Of a stretch of DNA of 64,000 nucleotides, positions 28,066 through 38,193 are shown piece by piece. Numbering within the stretch: the first letter of the stretch is position 1; every line of letters begins with the position of its first letter. The DNA is from Candidatus Micrarchaeota archaeon (GTDB lineage: Archaea > Micrarchaeota > Micrarchaeia > Anstonellales > Anstonellaceae). Position numbers and translations under genes: made by a program. The notes under the pieces are model-generated. The model did no database searches. It was not told where the DNA came from and worked only from the letters and a program-made list of their open reading frames with translations. Location: assembly GCA_026396415.1 (NCBI GenBank), contig JAPLWX010000040.1, positions 25,439 to 89,438 of the forward strand. The letters run 5' to 3'.

Positions 28066-29339
28066 AGTCTCCATTCATTGTTTTCAAGGGCGGAAAAATT
28101 GCCACGCCTTTGGGCGTGCGTCGCGCAGATGTATTGGTGGATAGCAAAAGCGGAAGGATTCTGCGCATCTCATCACACATTCTCTCCAAGGGCGCGCGCG
28201 CAATAAACTGCCACTCGCTGATTCTCCTGCCAGGCGCAATCGACCCCCATGTGCACATGCGCGACCCGGAGGATACCAGCAAGGAGAGCTTTTCCACAGG
28301 CACGGCATCCGCGCTGTCAGGCGGTGTCACCACCATAATCGACATGCCCTGCTACCGCAACCCCGCCACCACCACAATTCCCGCGTACAATAAAAAGCGC
28401 GCAATCGCGAGGAAAAAATGCCGCTGCGACTACCAGCTCCGCTTCGGAGCATCGGAGCGCAACCAAAAGGAGGCCGCGCGCAGCAATTCACCCTCGCTCA
28501 AGGTGTTCCTCGCAGACACAGGGAGCGAGCTTTCCTGCTCCTATGCCGCTGCGGCGCGCCATTTCGCGGCATTCCCGAAGGAAAAGCCAATCTGCGTGCA
28601 TGCCGAGGACAGCGCGCGCATAAATGCCCGCAAGCTGCGCTTCGTTGAGCATGAGAAGGTGCGCGACAAGATATCTGCGCAGATTGCCTGTGAAAAAGCG
28701 CTCAAGTTCGCTGCGCGCGCAGGGCGCAGGCGCATACACATGTGCCACCTCACCACTGCAAAGGAAGTGGACATGTGCCGCAGGCACCAAAACGCCACGT
28801 ACGAAATCAACCCAGCGCACCTCCACCTCTGCATAGACGATTTGCGCGACCTGGGCTTTTTGGGCAAGGTGAACCCTCCGCTTCGCGACAGAACCGAGAT
28901 GAAGCGGCTCTGGCGCAAGGTAGGCGACGACACCATAATGGCGTCCGACCATGCGCCCCACCTTCCCAGGCAGAAGAAATCAGGCGCGCCCGGCTTCCCA
29001 GGAGTGGGCACACTGCTTCCCCTCATGCTCCAGGCAGTGCACAGCCGCAAGCTCACCTTGCCTCGCCTCGCGCGCATCACATCATACAATGCCGCGCGCG
29101 CTTTCTCCCTTTCCGGCAAGGGCGAAATAGCAGAGGGCAAGGACGCGGACATCGTGCTTGTGGACATGGCAAGGAAGTGGAGAATCTCCGCGAAAAACCG
29201 GCTGAGCAAATGCGGCTGGACCCCGTTCGAAGGTGCCGAGATCTACGGGAAAATAGAAGGCGTGTACCTCCGCGGCAGGCTCGCGTACGACGGGAAAAAA
29301 GTGCTTTCGCGCGCTGGGAACGGCAAAGAAGTGAAGTGA
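28062..29339 (+). CDS. pyrC: Dihydroorotase
   Basis: PGAIDPHVHMRDP, GGVTTIIDMP, VHAED, KVNPPLR, ASDHAPH, SKCGWTPF; in operon with pyrD-pyrK. Confidence 0.92.
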   Translation: MKSPFIVFKGGKIATPLGVRRADVLVDSKSGRILRISSHILSKGARAINCHSLILLPGAIDPHVHMRDPEDTSKESFSTGTASALSGGVTTIIDMPCYRNPATTTIPAYNKKRAIARKKCRCDYQLRFGASERNQKEAARSNSPSLKVFLADTGSELSCSYAAAARHFAAFPKEKPICVHAEDSARINARKLRFVEHEKVRDKISAQIACEKALKFAARAGRRRIHMCHLTTAKEVDMCRRHQNATYEINPAHLHLCIDDLRDLGFLGKVNPPLRDRTEMKRLWRKVGDDTIMASDHAPHLPRQKKSGAPGFPGVGTLLPLMLQAVHSRKLTLPRLARITSYNAARAFSLSGKGEIAEGKDADIVLVDMARKWRISAKNRLSKCGWTPFEGAEIYGKIEGVYLRGRLAYDGKKVLSRAGNGKEVK

Positions 29340-29433
29340 GCAAGCCGCACATGTTCTGTCGCTTTTTGTGTCTTTTTCACCGGCACTCTACTCTCTGCCC
29401 ATGTTTATAAGTGAACGGATGCCCTGCTATTTC

Positions 29434-29862
29434 ATGAAGGGTTATCCTGACGCCAACATCTGCATCATCTAACTTTTGGGGCAGAAAGGGGAAGCACTAG
29501 CAGACCTGTTCTTCAAGCAAGGGATAATGTGCAGGTTTTCCATCGTGGCTTCAAACACCATGTTCGCCGAGGTTGCGCAGAGGTGCCAAGAGGAAGGCAA
29601 ACTGCTGCTGCAGAAAAACATCAACGACTTCCGGAAGGCGGGAAAGCTTGAGATAATTGAAAGGACTCCTGAAGAATTGAAGGAAGCGCTGGAAATGGGG
29701 GTAATGACTGGGCAGAAGTTTGGCAGAAACGACATGCTGCACTCCGTCCTCGCCAGGAACCATGCCGATGTTTTTGTGACCAATGACAAAAATCTTGCAA
29801 AGCATGCTGCAAAAACGCAGAAAGCAATGGGCCTTGAGGAATTCGTGGAATCAGAGCCTTAG
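29434..29862 (+). pseudogene. PIN-domain (VapC-like) toxin with in-frame premature stop
   Basis: Reads MKGYPDANICII*LLGQ (TAA at 29470-29472); downstream PIN motifs TMFAEV, DMLHSVLA, FVTNDKNL. Confidence 0.75.
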
Positions 29863-30165
29863 CCCCTTCAGCGCCTTTTTCTCATCCATATCCATTATTT
29901 CAGACGCCTTGTAGGGGTCGCCCTTTGCCTTCCGAAGCGCGGCTTTCCAGACCTTGAGGCGCCACGCGCGCATGCTGCCTCGCACCTTCACCTTTCCCTT
30001 GAGCGCGCCGCGCATCCCCTCCAAATCCTTGTAGAGCTTTTCGCGCAGTGCTTCGCGCATGAACTCGGTGCGCGATGCATAGCCCTCGGACTTCACCCGA
30101 AAGCCAATGTCCCTGTCCATGAACTTGGGAATCCTAAGCGAGATAAGGATGGTTTCTTCCTGCAT
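29851..30165 (-). CDS. Ribbon-helix-helix (CopG/Arc-MetJ) protein, probable antitoxin
   Basis: ISLRIPKFMDRDI..VKSEGYASRTEFMREALREKL. Confidence 0.8.
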   Translation of the reverse strand: MQEETILISLRIPKFMDRDIGFRVKSEGYASRTEFMREALREKLYKDLEGMRGALKGKVKVRGSMRAWRLKVWKAALRKAKGDPYKASEIMDMDEKKALKGLRL

Positions 30166-30358
30166 AACATCGCCCTGCTGGCTGCTGTAATACAATGTGA
30201 TACAGAAGGCTAATAATGGTTGCGCCGCCCGCGCCAGGACGCTTCCCGGCCCGTCTTGGACCGATTTGGACCAAACGGTCCAGCCAGTTTTTATATGCAC
30301 TGTTCAGCGCAAGCCAGTTGGAAATCAAGCCGATGTGCTTGGCTTCCAGGTGGTTGAA

Positions 30359-32323
30359 ATGAAAAAAGAAATCATGATATTCGCTCTGGCTGCGATGGCG
30401 CTTGCCGGGATTGCGCAGGCGAACGTTGCGCCAACAATTACGAGCGTAAGCGGCGCCACTAGCCTGCTGGTCAACACTGAAGGCACATGGCAGATTTCAG
30501 CATACGACCCTGATGCAGCGTACCTCACCTATTCTGTGAGCTGGGGCGACGGGTCGGTTTCACCCTCTTCGGCTTCAGCAGGCCCATTCCGGCACACATA
30601 TGCCCTGCCTGCAAACTATACTGCTATGTTCACCGTGACTGACGACCAGGGCGCATCCACGCAATCGCAGGTTTTGGTGCAAGCCTACAAAATAGCAGTG
30701 CCAGACTGCCCTGGTTTCACAAGGCTTGTCCCTGGCGACAGTATCTCTGACGGAAAATACTCAATAGAGCTTGTCAGCGTGCAAGGGCCGAATCCATTTG
30801 CGATTGAGGAAAGTGCAACTTTCGCATTGAAAGACGGTCAGGCAGAAATCAGCCATCAGAGCATTGGCAAAGCTGCGGCATTCCGCAGCACCATGCCAAA
30901 CGGCGACCAAATAGAAGTGGGGCTTTGCGACGTGGCAAGCGACCCCTCCCCTTCCTACCAAGGCTTGGATGATGCGTACCTGAAGCTGTTTGTGAACGGC
31001 AAAGCCGCAACCTATGGCTACCAGCCGTCTGTTGAGGACACATGCCAAAATGATTCGCAGTTCACTCTTATCCATGTGGGTAACGTGGTGGGCAATTCAT
31101 ATCTTCAAGCAAGGCTCAGCGACATAAGCGTGGCATCCGGGTCAAAAAATACCCATCCTGCCATACTGGATATCCTGAGTGCATCAGACAATTTCACAGT
31201 GCAAATAATGCAAGTTACGATAGCACCCTTCTATCTCGAGCGGTACACCCTTCCATGGGGCAAAAAACTGTTCATCACAGCATGTCGCGTAGGCTCGGGT
31301 TTCGCGCTAAATTCAAAATGGGTCGAGATAAAGGTGCAGGACGAGAACGGCGAGGTCATGCGTCCTCCTAGCCAGTCGCCAGCAATCTCCCCGCCAGCCC
31401 AAAACACATCGCCTCTGCCTGCACAGCCTGCGCAAAACCAGCCTCCTGTGATAACAAGCGTTTCAGGCTCCACAAGCCTTGAACCAAACGAAACCGGCAT
31501 GTGGGGCATTTCGGCGTACGACTCCGATGGCGTCCTTTTGAACTACAGCGTGCAATGGGGCGACGGGGGCAGCTACCAATCAGGGTCCATTGCCTTTGCG
31601 CAATTCGGCTCTGTTGCAAACATCCTGCACGCATACTCCCAGGCGGGCAACTACACAATAAACTTCACAGTGGCGGATAGCTCTGGCGCAACGGCGCAGA
31701 TGTCTGCAAACGTAACTGTGGGGAATGCCTGTTCTGACACGGACGGCGGTCCGGATATTTATGTGAAGGGCACGGCATCCGGCTACGAGGCAGGAACACT
31801 GAACTATGTAGTAAGGACAGACTACTGCAAATCCCCAACGGAAATTGTCGAGTATTTTCGGGAGTATTCCTGCACTGTCAATAACAGGACATGGGAATGC
31901 CCGAATGGCTGCTATGATGGAGCTTGCAATCCGCCCGTGCCTGGCGGTGCTGCACCGTCTCCCGCCCCGCCGCCGCCAACCGTGTCGAAACCTGCGGTTC
32001 CATGCGACTTCTGCCCGTCCTCTTGCACCAGGGCTCCTCCGGTTGGAGATGTCTGCAGCCCTTGCAGGTGCCCTGCCAACCTAGGCTTCTGCGACGCAGC
32101 CGGGCTGCGACAGGCGATAAACGGAACGCAGGCATACTGCTTCAGCCAGCTTTGGCTTGCGCAGAAGGGCAATAACCAGACCTGCCAGAACAGCTTTGAA
32201 TGCAAAAGCAACTTCTGCAGCAGCGGTGCGTGCTATGACATTGCATATGATGTCCAGAAAGACAAGGGCACCCTGCAGATGATTATTGACTGGCTCAGGA
32301 ACCTGTTCGGGTTTCGAGCATAA
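30359..32323 (+). CDS. Secreted PKD-domain, Cys-rich surface protein
   Basis: Signal peptide; two PKD-like repeats (YSVSWGDG..HTY..YTAMFTVTD and YSVQWGDG..HAY..YTINFTVAD); CSDTDGG..CPNGCYDGAC module; Pro linkers; C-terminal IIDWLRNLFG. Confidence 0.85.
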   Translation: MKKEIMIFALAAMALAGIAQANVAPTITSVSGATSLLVNTEGTWQISAYDPDAAYLTYSVSWGDGSVSPSSASAGPFRHTYALPANYTAMFTVTDDQGASTQSQVLVQAYKIAVPDCPGFTRLVPGDSISDGKYSIELVSVQGPNPFAIEESATFALKDGQAEISHQSIGKAAAFRSTMPNGDQIEVGLCDVASDPSPSYQGLDDAYLKLFVNGKAATYGYQPSVEDTCQNDSQFTLIHVGNVVGNSYLQARLSDISVASGSKNTHPAILDILSASDNFTVQIMQVTIAPFYLERYTLPWGKKLFITACRVGSGFALNSKWVEIKVQDENGEVMRPPSQSPAISPPAQNTSPLPAQPAQNQPPVITSVSGSTSLEPNETGMWGISAYDSDGVLLNYSVQWGDGGSYQSGSIAFAQFGSVANILHAYSQAGNYTINFTVADSSGATAQMSANVTVGNACSDTDGGPDIYVKGTASGYEAGTLNYVVRTDYCKSPTEIVEYFREYSCTVNNRTWECPNGCYDGACNPPVPGGAAPSPAPPPPTVSKPAVPCDFCPSSCTRAPPVGDVCSPCRCPANLGFCDAAGLRQAINGTQAYCFSQLWLAQKGNNQTCQNSFECKSNFCSSGACYDIAYDVQKDKGTLQMIIDWLRNLFGFRA

Positions 32324-32373
32324 AGGACGAGCCAGAGCATGTTATAAAAACAGCGAATGAAAAGGTGATTTGA

Positions 32374-33375
32374 ATGGGGAAAGGTAACAAGAAAATGGAA
32401 AAAGCGGGCAAAATCGCATTTGCGATGGTGCTTGCGCTTTTGATGGTCTCGCTTGCATCAGCCGCAGGCGCGGCTGCGCAGGTGCAGATCGGCTGCTCAG
32501 TTTTCCCAAGCCTCTCGCTTGGGGATGAGAAAATAACCGTGATTGCCGGAAGGCTGGCCGCTCTGCCCATAACAGTATCTGGCGCACAGGCATCTTCCTG
32601 CGGCGCGCAACAGTATGGCGTGGACTTCACAAACGGCTATGACGGGAAGCAGTTTGTGCTCGCGCTTTCAGGGCTTCAGGAGCGCAACCTGTTCCAACTT
32701 GCTTCAGGCAAGGAAAAAACATTCGAGGGCCTGATTGGCGTGCCGCCAGGCACAGAGCCAGGCAACTACACCGTACAGGTGACTGCCTATCTGGAAGCAG
32801 ACCACTGGAAGCAGGTGAGCAAAACCATCAGGGTCGAGGTAAAGCCTGCGGCAGGGAGCGACGCCAGCTGGGCAACCAATCTTAACATAGGCTGGAATCT
32901 TGTCCCGTATGCAGAAGGCATAGGCGTGTACGGCTGCAACGAAATAATAACTGGCTACCGCTACTCGCCCACAAGCGGCGAATACGTGCAGATGGACAGG
33001 TTTGGCGCGCAATTCTCGCCAGCGCCATTCGAGCCCAATGTGGAGAACGAGCGCTTTGGCGGAATGTTCGTGTTCTCCACCAAGCGCTGCACAATGGAAA
33101 GCCGCGTGCCGCCGGAAACGCTGGCGAATGCAAAGGTTTCGCTATTCGGCGGGCAGCTCCTCTCCATATCGCCTGCATGGAACAACAAGGAAGCAGGCGC
33201 CATTGCACAGGAATGCGCAAGCCAGTCAGGCACGCAAGCCTCGCAGGTTCAGCTGAGGAAATGGGATGCGGCAAAGCAGGAGTGGATTACGCCAGCGCAA
33301 AGCGACCTCCTCTCAAACGGTGAGGTGTGGAAAATCCTGCCCAAAGGCGAATGCGAGCTTGGCTTGTCAGGATAG
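32374..33375 (+). CDS. Hypothetical secreted protein (Ig-like domain)
   Basis: Signal peptide; VPPGTEPGNYTVQVTA Ig-like strand; LNIGWNLV motif; AGGTGA RBS. Confidence 0.75.
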   Translation: MGKGNKKMEKAGKIAFAMVLALLMVSLASAAGAAAQVQIGCSVFPSLSLGDEKITVIAGRLAALPITVSGAQASSCGAQQYGVDFTNGYDGKQFVLALSGLQERNLFQLASGKEKTFEGLIGVPPGTEPGNYTVQVTAYLEADHWKQVSKTIRVEVKPAAGSDASWATNLNIGWNLVPYAEGIGVYGCNEIITGYRYSPTSGEYVQMDRFGAQFSPAPFEPNVENERFGGMFVFSTKRCTMESRVPPETLANAKVSLFGGQLLSISPAWNNKEAGAIAQECASQSGTQASQVQLRKWDAAKQEWITPAQSDLLSNGEVWKILPKGECELGLSG

Positions 33376-33383
33376 GTGGATGC

Positions 33384-34355
33384 ATGAGACACACAATTGC
33401 ATTGGCGCTTTGCCTGCTGCTCCTGCCTATGGCATTTGCAGTTCCGCCTTCATTTTCCGACGACTATCCCTGCGTTTTTTCAATCGCATCCACATCGCCG
33501 CTGCCTGCAGACTCCATAATCTACGCGCAATATCTCGGCGCGCATGGCAACAACCGCAGCACCGCCATAGTGTCAAGGGAGGGAAGCTCAGCCACGCTCT
33601 ATGCGGATTCGCCAGCCATAGAAGTCGCCCTAAAATACGACGACCCCTCCACCCCTGCACCTGATGGGATTTGGGAAGGGGTGGCAAGCTGCAATGGCAA
33701 GGCGCAGGCAATCCCCCTGCATTTTGTGGGCGGCATCACAGGCACGCTTTTCTACCAGAACGGCTCGGTCGCATCAGGCGTGATGGTGGAAATGGCTTGC
33801 TCTGCTGGCGAGCAGAGGGAAATTTCCACAAGCGAGACAGGAAGCTTCGCTTTCAGCAATGTGCCTGAAGGCAGCTGCGTCCTTTCCTCAAAATCAGGCG
33901 AGGATTCCTCGCAGCTCGAGGTGAATGTGGAGCGCGGAGATTTCAGGAAAGTGGAGATGCAGCTTGCAAAGCCTGACAAGACGCTCATATTCTCGGCGGT
34001 TGCCCTGCTTGCGCTTGCCATACTCGCACTGTACTTTCTCCTGGGCAGGGGCAAGGCAGGCGGCGCAGCTCGGCAAAAAGGGACAAGGCAGCCTCCCGTG
34101 CAGCCGCCAAACGTCACGACAAAGCGCCAGTCAGACCTTCTTGCAACGCTTGACGAGAAGGAGAAAAAAATCATGGAATACGTGCAGCACCACGCGCCCT
34201 CATCTGTGCGCGTATCCCGCCTGCGCCGCGACCTTCTCATCCCGAAAACATCGCTCACGCGCACGCTCTCCGCGCTTGAGAGGAAGCAGTTCCTGAAAAT
34301 TGGCAAGGTGGGGTCGCGCACCTACGCCGAGCTTCACAGCTTCTACAAAAGCTAG
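33384..34355 (+). CDS. Membrane-anchored transcriptional regulator (extracellular beta-sandwich, TM, winged HTH)
   Basis: Signal peptide, carboxypeptidase-regulatory-like GSFAFSNVPEG, TM, then LDEKEKKIMEYV..VSRLRRDLLIPKTSLTRTLSALERKQFL. Confidence 0.8.
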   Translation: MRHTIALALCLLLLPMAFAVPPSFSDDYPCVFSIASTSPLPADSIIYAQYLGAHGNNRSTAIVSREGSSATLYADSPAIEVALKYDDPSTPAPDGIWEGVASCNGKAQAIPLHFVGGITGTLFYQNGSVASGVMVEMACSAGEQREISTSETGSFAFSNVPEGSCVLSSKSGEDSSQLEVNVERGDFRKVEMQLAKPDKTLIFSAVALLALAILALYFLLGRGKAGGAARQKGTRQPPVQPPNVTTKRQSDLLATLDEKEKKIMEYVQHHAPSSVRVSRLRRDLLIPKTSLTRTLSALERKQFLKIGKVGSRTYAELHSFYKS

Positions 34356-34359
34356 GGGG

Positions 34360-34812
34360 TCACTGCACGCTCAAGCCCACCTGCGCGGAATCGGGGGCAG
34401 CGCGCATGGCTGAGAGTGCGCTCACCTCTATGAAATAGGTTCCTGACTTCGTGATGCGCTCAAAGCCGGTGGACGTGAGGTTGAACGCGCTGCCTGCCAC
34501 TATCTGTTTTTTCCCGCTTGCAGAATCCATGTCAATCACAATGTCCCTGCCGTTCACACGGACGCTCTTCACATATGGCGGAACCTCTATCTCGTCAATC
34601 ACCTTGGCGCCCCCTCCCAAATAGCCGACCGAATCGGCAAGCGAGGCGAGCCTGTGGGCTGCAAACTCCGCCTTCTGCACGGACAAATCCTCGCCCGAGA
34701 CATTGGCGCGCCCGTATGCGTAAAGCAGCACGGGCATGAGGAGGAACAGCGCCATGCCTACCAGGATGAGTATCTCCGTGCTCATCTGCCCGCGCGCGCA
34801 TCCGTTTCCCAT
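34360..34812 (-). CDS. Class III signal peptide (type IV pilin-like) protein
   Basis: RGQMSTEILILVGMALFLLMPVL matches the archaeal prepilin processing motif [KR]G|Q-x-S-x-E followed by a hydrophobic helix. Confidence 0.8.
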   Translation of the reverse strand: MGNGCARGQMSTEILILVGMALFLLMPVLLYAYGRANVSGEDLSVQKAEFAAHRLASLADSVGYLGGGAKVIDEIEVPPYVKSVRVNGRDIVIDMDSASGKKQIVAGSAFNLTSTGFERITKSGTYFIEVSALSAMRAAPDSAQVGLSVQ

Positions 34813-34852
34813 AATTACTTTTCTCCCGCTTACATTATTATTTGTATTGCAT

Positions 34853-36346
34853 TCAACTGGGCGCCGCGGCGTTCAGCCTTGCAACCGCCAGCCTTTTTTT
34901 CTCGTCAATCACCGCGAAGACGAGCACGAGGAAAAACATGGTGGCAAGCAGGATTATCAGCATGGGGTTGAACACGTAGAACGGCACCACCTTGCCGCCC
35001 ACCACGAAGCTGTCCGCAAGCGCGGACATGTTGTATATGGAATGTATGGCGATGGCGAGGAATACGCATGGCACGAATGCCATCCTTGCCACCGACCTGA
35101 GGTGCCTGATGCTCCTCGCATAGCCTATGGGCGTGGAAATCGCGGCCGTGAAGCAGCCATGGGCAAGCGTGTTGAAGAACGAGCGGTAAAGTATGAGCGT
35201 TGCCCAGCTGACAAAGCCGATGTCGAACGGGTTTGTCTTGAACGAGAAGTAAAACCAGTTCTCCACGAAGGCGAATCCCGCGCCGCACGTGAAGCCAAGC
35301 AGCAGGCCGGTCAGCGCGTCATTGTAATCGTGGTGCCCCGACATGAAAAGTATGCCTATGCCCTTGAACGTCTCCTCCACGACAGGCGAAACCAGCATGG
35401 TGGCCACAATCACGTAAGGCGCAATGTCCACCCCCCTAAGCTCGGATATCACGCCTGAGCTTACCAGGAGGGACAGGAAGGCGGCGAACATGCCCCACAC
35501 GAACATGCCTGCGAAAAACCTGAGCGGCTTGCCCTCCTCCCGCTTCTCGAAATACCACGCTGCAGCAAAGTAAACGAAGGGGATTGCAAACGAGCCGACT
35601 GCCGAGAGGAGCATGATCTTCACGGCGTCGTCCGCGCCTGTTGCCTGCGTGAGGGATTGGAGCATTATCCACACGAGAACGCCGACGCAGGCAAGCTCGA
35701 ACACGAGCGTTACCGGGTGCATGATGAGGTCTGCGACTTTCTCCTCGAACGGCCTGTCCATCGCATTCGGCACGATCAGTGTCTGCATGGTATACTCGCC
35801 CTTCACGCTTTCCGGGCTCTTGGTGCGGTATGCATACCTTGCCACCGCGAAAAGAAGGACGATCAACACCAGCGTGACTGATGGCACCCATATAAGCACC
35901 ATGCTTGTGAGGCTGGACCGCACCGCCTTCTCATATTCCTCCCAGTTCTCGCTTATCTCGAAAAACGTCCCATAGACAGTCCCGTCCGCCCCCCTGCCGA
36001 CAATGGCATACCTGGTCTTTGCAACGGTCTTCTTGTCATATTGCGCGCTTATCTCAAGGCCTATGCTGTTCTTTGCATTCGGGGCAATGGCGCCCAGCAG
36101 GTTGACGAATTTCCACCCGTCCGCCTCCTGCCTGATAAGATAGACCGACATCGGCTCGTCGTTCGGGTTCCGTATCTCCGCGTCAACGATGATTATCTGC
36201 GGGCTCTTGAGGAACGTGCTGTTCTGGATGGATAGGTCCGCATCCAGCCCGTTGGAAAAATCCGCAAGCTGGTTGGCAAGGTCATCCGCGAAAATTACCT
36301 GCGAGGACAGGAGGGCGAATGCGAGAAAAAAGAGGGTTTTTTGCAC
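34853..36346 (-). CDS. PrsW-family intramembrane protease with N-terminal extracellular domain
   Basis: EKREEGKP, SPVVEETFKG, GAGFAFVEN, LAHGCFT, AIHSIYN motifs; multiple TMs. Confidence 0.88.
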   Translation of the reverse strand: MQKTLFFLAFALLSSQVIFADDLANQLADFSNGLDADLSIQNSTFLKSPQIIIVDAEIRNPNDEPMSVYLIRQEADGWKFVNLLGAIAPNAKNSIGLEISAQYDKKTVAKTRYAIVGRGADGTVYGTFFEISENWEEYEKAVRSSLTSMVLIWVPSVTLVLIVLLFAVARYAYRTKSPESVKGEYTMQTLIVPNAMDRPFEEKVADLIMHPVTLVFELACVGVLVWIMLQSLTQATGADDAVKIMLLSAVGSFAIPFVYFAAAWYFEKREEGKPLRFFAGMFVWGMFAAFLSLLVSSGVISELRGVDIAPYVIVATMLVSPVVEETFKGIGILFMSGHHDYNDALTGLLLGFTCGAGFAFVENWFYFSFKTNPFDIGFVSWATLILYRSFFNTLAHGCFTAAISTPIGYARSIRHLRSVARMAFVPCVFLAIAIHSIYNMSALADSFVVGGKVVPFYVFNPMLIILLATMFFLVLVFAVIDEKKRLAVARLNAAAPS

Positions 36347-36355
36347 ATTGATCCC

Positions 36356-38014
36356 TTAGAATGGTATGGGCACGTAAAGCCCGATGTTCCTCAGAATCCA
36401 AACATAGACCTTGTACCAGATTTCGTTCCTCCTCTTGATGATGTCCAAAAGCTCCTTGAACGCCTCCTTTTCCGCCGACGCGAGCTTGCTTTCAGTGACC
36501 TTTATGTGCTCCTTGCCGTCCACCACGGTCTTCTCCTCCTGCGAGCCTATCTGCTTCTTCGCCTGCGCGTACCAAGGCGGGAGGGTGGATTTTTTCTTCT
36601 TCAGAGCGGATATGAAATCCTCGGTGGTGACCGAGCGCTGGTGGCCTGTCTTGAAAGCCGTCCTCCACGGTATTGCCGCCGCCTCCTCCACCACTGCCTT
36701 GAGGTCTGCCGACGCATAGCCTACTGTCGCCAGCGCCAGCCTGAAATAGCAGATGCGCGCAGCCGCAGGCACTTTCTTGCCATGCAGCCGCAAGATGTCC
36801 TGCCTTGAGTTGAAATCCGGCTCGGGAATGATGACTGCCTTGCCGAAACGGCCCGACCTCCTAAGCGCCGGGTCGACGTCCCATGGCGCGTTGGTCGCCC
36901 CCACCACGAGCACGTTCGAGTTGTTCGACTCCACGCCGTCCATCTCGAAGAGCAGCTGGTTCACCGCCATCTTCATGTGCGCATTGGACTGCCCCATGTC
37001 CTCCCTTCTCCCAGCCATCGCCTCCACTTCGTCGAAAAAGACAATGCACGGCGCGTTCTTCCTGGCGGTCTCGAAAATGTTGTGCAGGTTCTTTTCCGTG
37101 TTGCCCACGTACATGTCCACGATGTCCGAGATTTTCGCGTTGATGAAGTTCGACTGGCACTCGCCTGCCGCCGCCTTCATGATGAAGGTCTTGCCGCATC
37201 CTGGCGGGCCGTAAAGCATGATGCCGCCTCCCGCGAGCTTGCCGTATTTCTTCGCCAGCTCCGGCTTGAGGAGCGGATAAACAATCGCCTCGTTTATCTC
37301 CTCCTTCATCTTCTTCATCCCTGCCACCTGGTCGAACTTCATGGTGGGCCTGGAGAGGAGCTTTGCCGCGTTTATCCCCTGGTTCTGCGCGTTGGGGTCG
37401 CCTCCGCCGATTGCCTGCGTGCCGCCGCCTCCCGCCTGCTTGCCCTTGGCTATGTCCCGGTGGTTTATCGCCTCGGTGAACTGCGGGTTGAGCTCTATCG
37501 CCTTGTCATAATCCGCAATCGCCTTGTCGAGCTGGTTCAGGTAGTCGTATGCGAGGCCCCTGATGTGGTATGCCTCCGAGAAGCTGCTGTTGAGCTTTAT
37601 CACATCGGTGAAATCCTCCACTGCCTTCTCATAGTCCTGCAGGCATGCGTAGGCAAGCCCCCTGTTGTAGAACGCCTTGAGGTATTTCGGATTCAGGGCA
37701 AGCGCGCGCTCGTAGTCCTCAATCGACTCGTTGAACTGCTGCTTCCTGTAATACGCGTCGCCCCTGTTGTTGTAGATGACCGGGTTCTTCGGGTCAAGCT
37801 CGGCGGACTTCGAATAGTCGGCAATCCCCTTGTCGAAGTTCTTCAGGTTGTAGTGGCAAAGCCCCCTGTTGAAGTATGCCTCGGAAAAGGTCGGGTTCAG
37901 TATTATCGCGGTGTTGTAAGCCTCTATGGCCTTGTCATAGTCGCCCTTCTCGTAGAGCGTATTGCCGCGGTGGTAATACGTCCGCGCGTCTGTAGGGCTT
38001 GGTTTGTCCGCCAT
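36356..38014 (-). CDS. TPR-repeat AAA+ ATPase (CDC48/Vps4-clade single AAA domain)
   Basis: Five 34-aa TPRs; Walker A GPPGCGKT, pore loop MYVG, Walker B VFFDEVE, SRH ATNAPWDVDPALRRSGRF. Confidence 0.92.
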   Translation of the reverse strand: MADKPSPTDARTYYHRGNTLYEKGDYDKAIEAYNTAIILNPTFSEAYFNRGLCHYNLKNFDKGIADYSKSAELDPKNPVIYNNRGDAYYRKQQFNESIEDYERALALNPKYLKAFYNRGLAYACLQDYEKAVEDFTDVIKLNSSFSEAYHIRGLAYDYLNQLDKAIADYDKAIELNPQFTEAINHRDIAKGKQAGGGGTQAIGGGDPNAQNQGINAAKLLSRPTMKFDQVAGMKKMKEEINEAIVYPLLKPELAKKYGKLAGGGIMLYGPPGCGKTFIMKAAAGECQSNFINAKISDIVDMYVGNTEKNLHNIFETARKNAPCIVFFDEVEAMAGRREDMGQSNAHMKMAVNQLLFEMDGVESNNSNVLVVGATNAPWDVDPALRRSGRFGKAVIIPEPDFNSRQDILRLHGKKVPAAARICYFRLALATVGYASADLKAVVEEAAAIPWRTAFKTGHQRSVTTEDFISALKKKKSTLPPWYAQAKKQIGSQEEKTVVDGKEHIKVTESKLASAEKEAFKELLDIIKRRNEIWYKVYVWILRNIGLYVPIPF

Positions 38015-38193
38015 GGGCTATCTCCCGTGCTTTCGCTCCTTGCGCAATAGGAAATCCGCTGAAATTTATAAACATGCCCTCATGCCCGCGCCCTCAATAA
38101 AGCAGCCCGAAAAGGAAAAGCGGCACTGGCATTTTATTTTGCCTAAGCGTTACATTTTTGTAACGATAAGGAAATCGCTCGTGGCGCGCGCTG

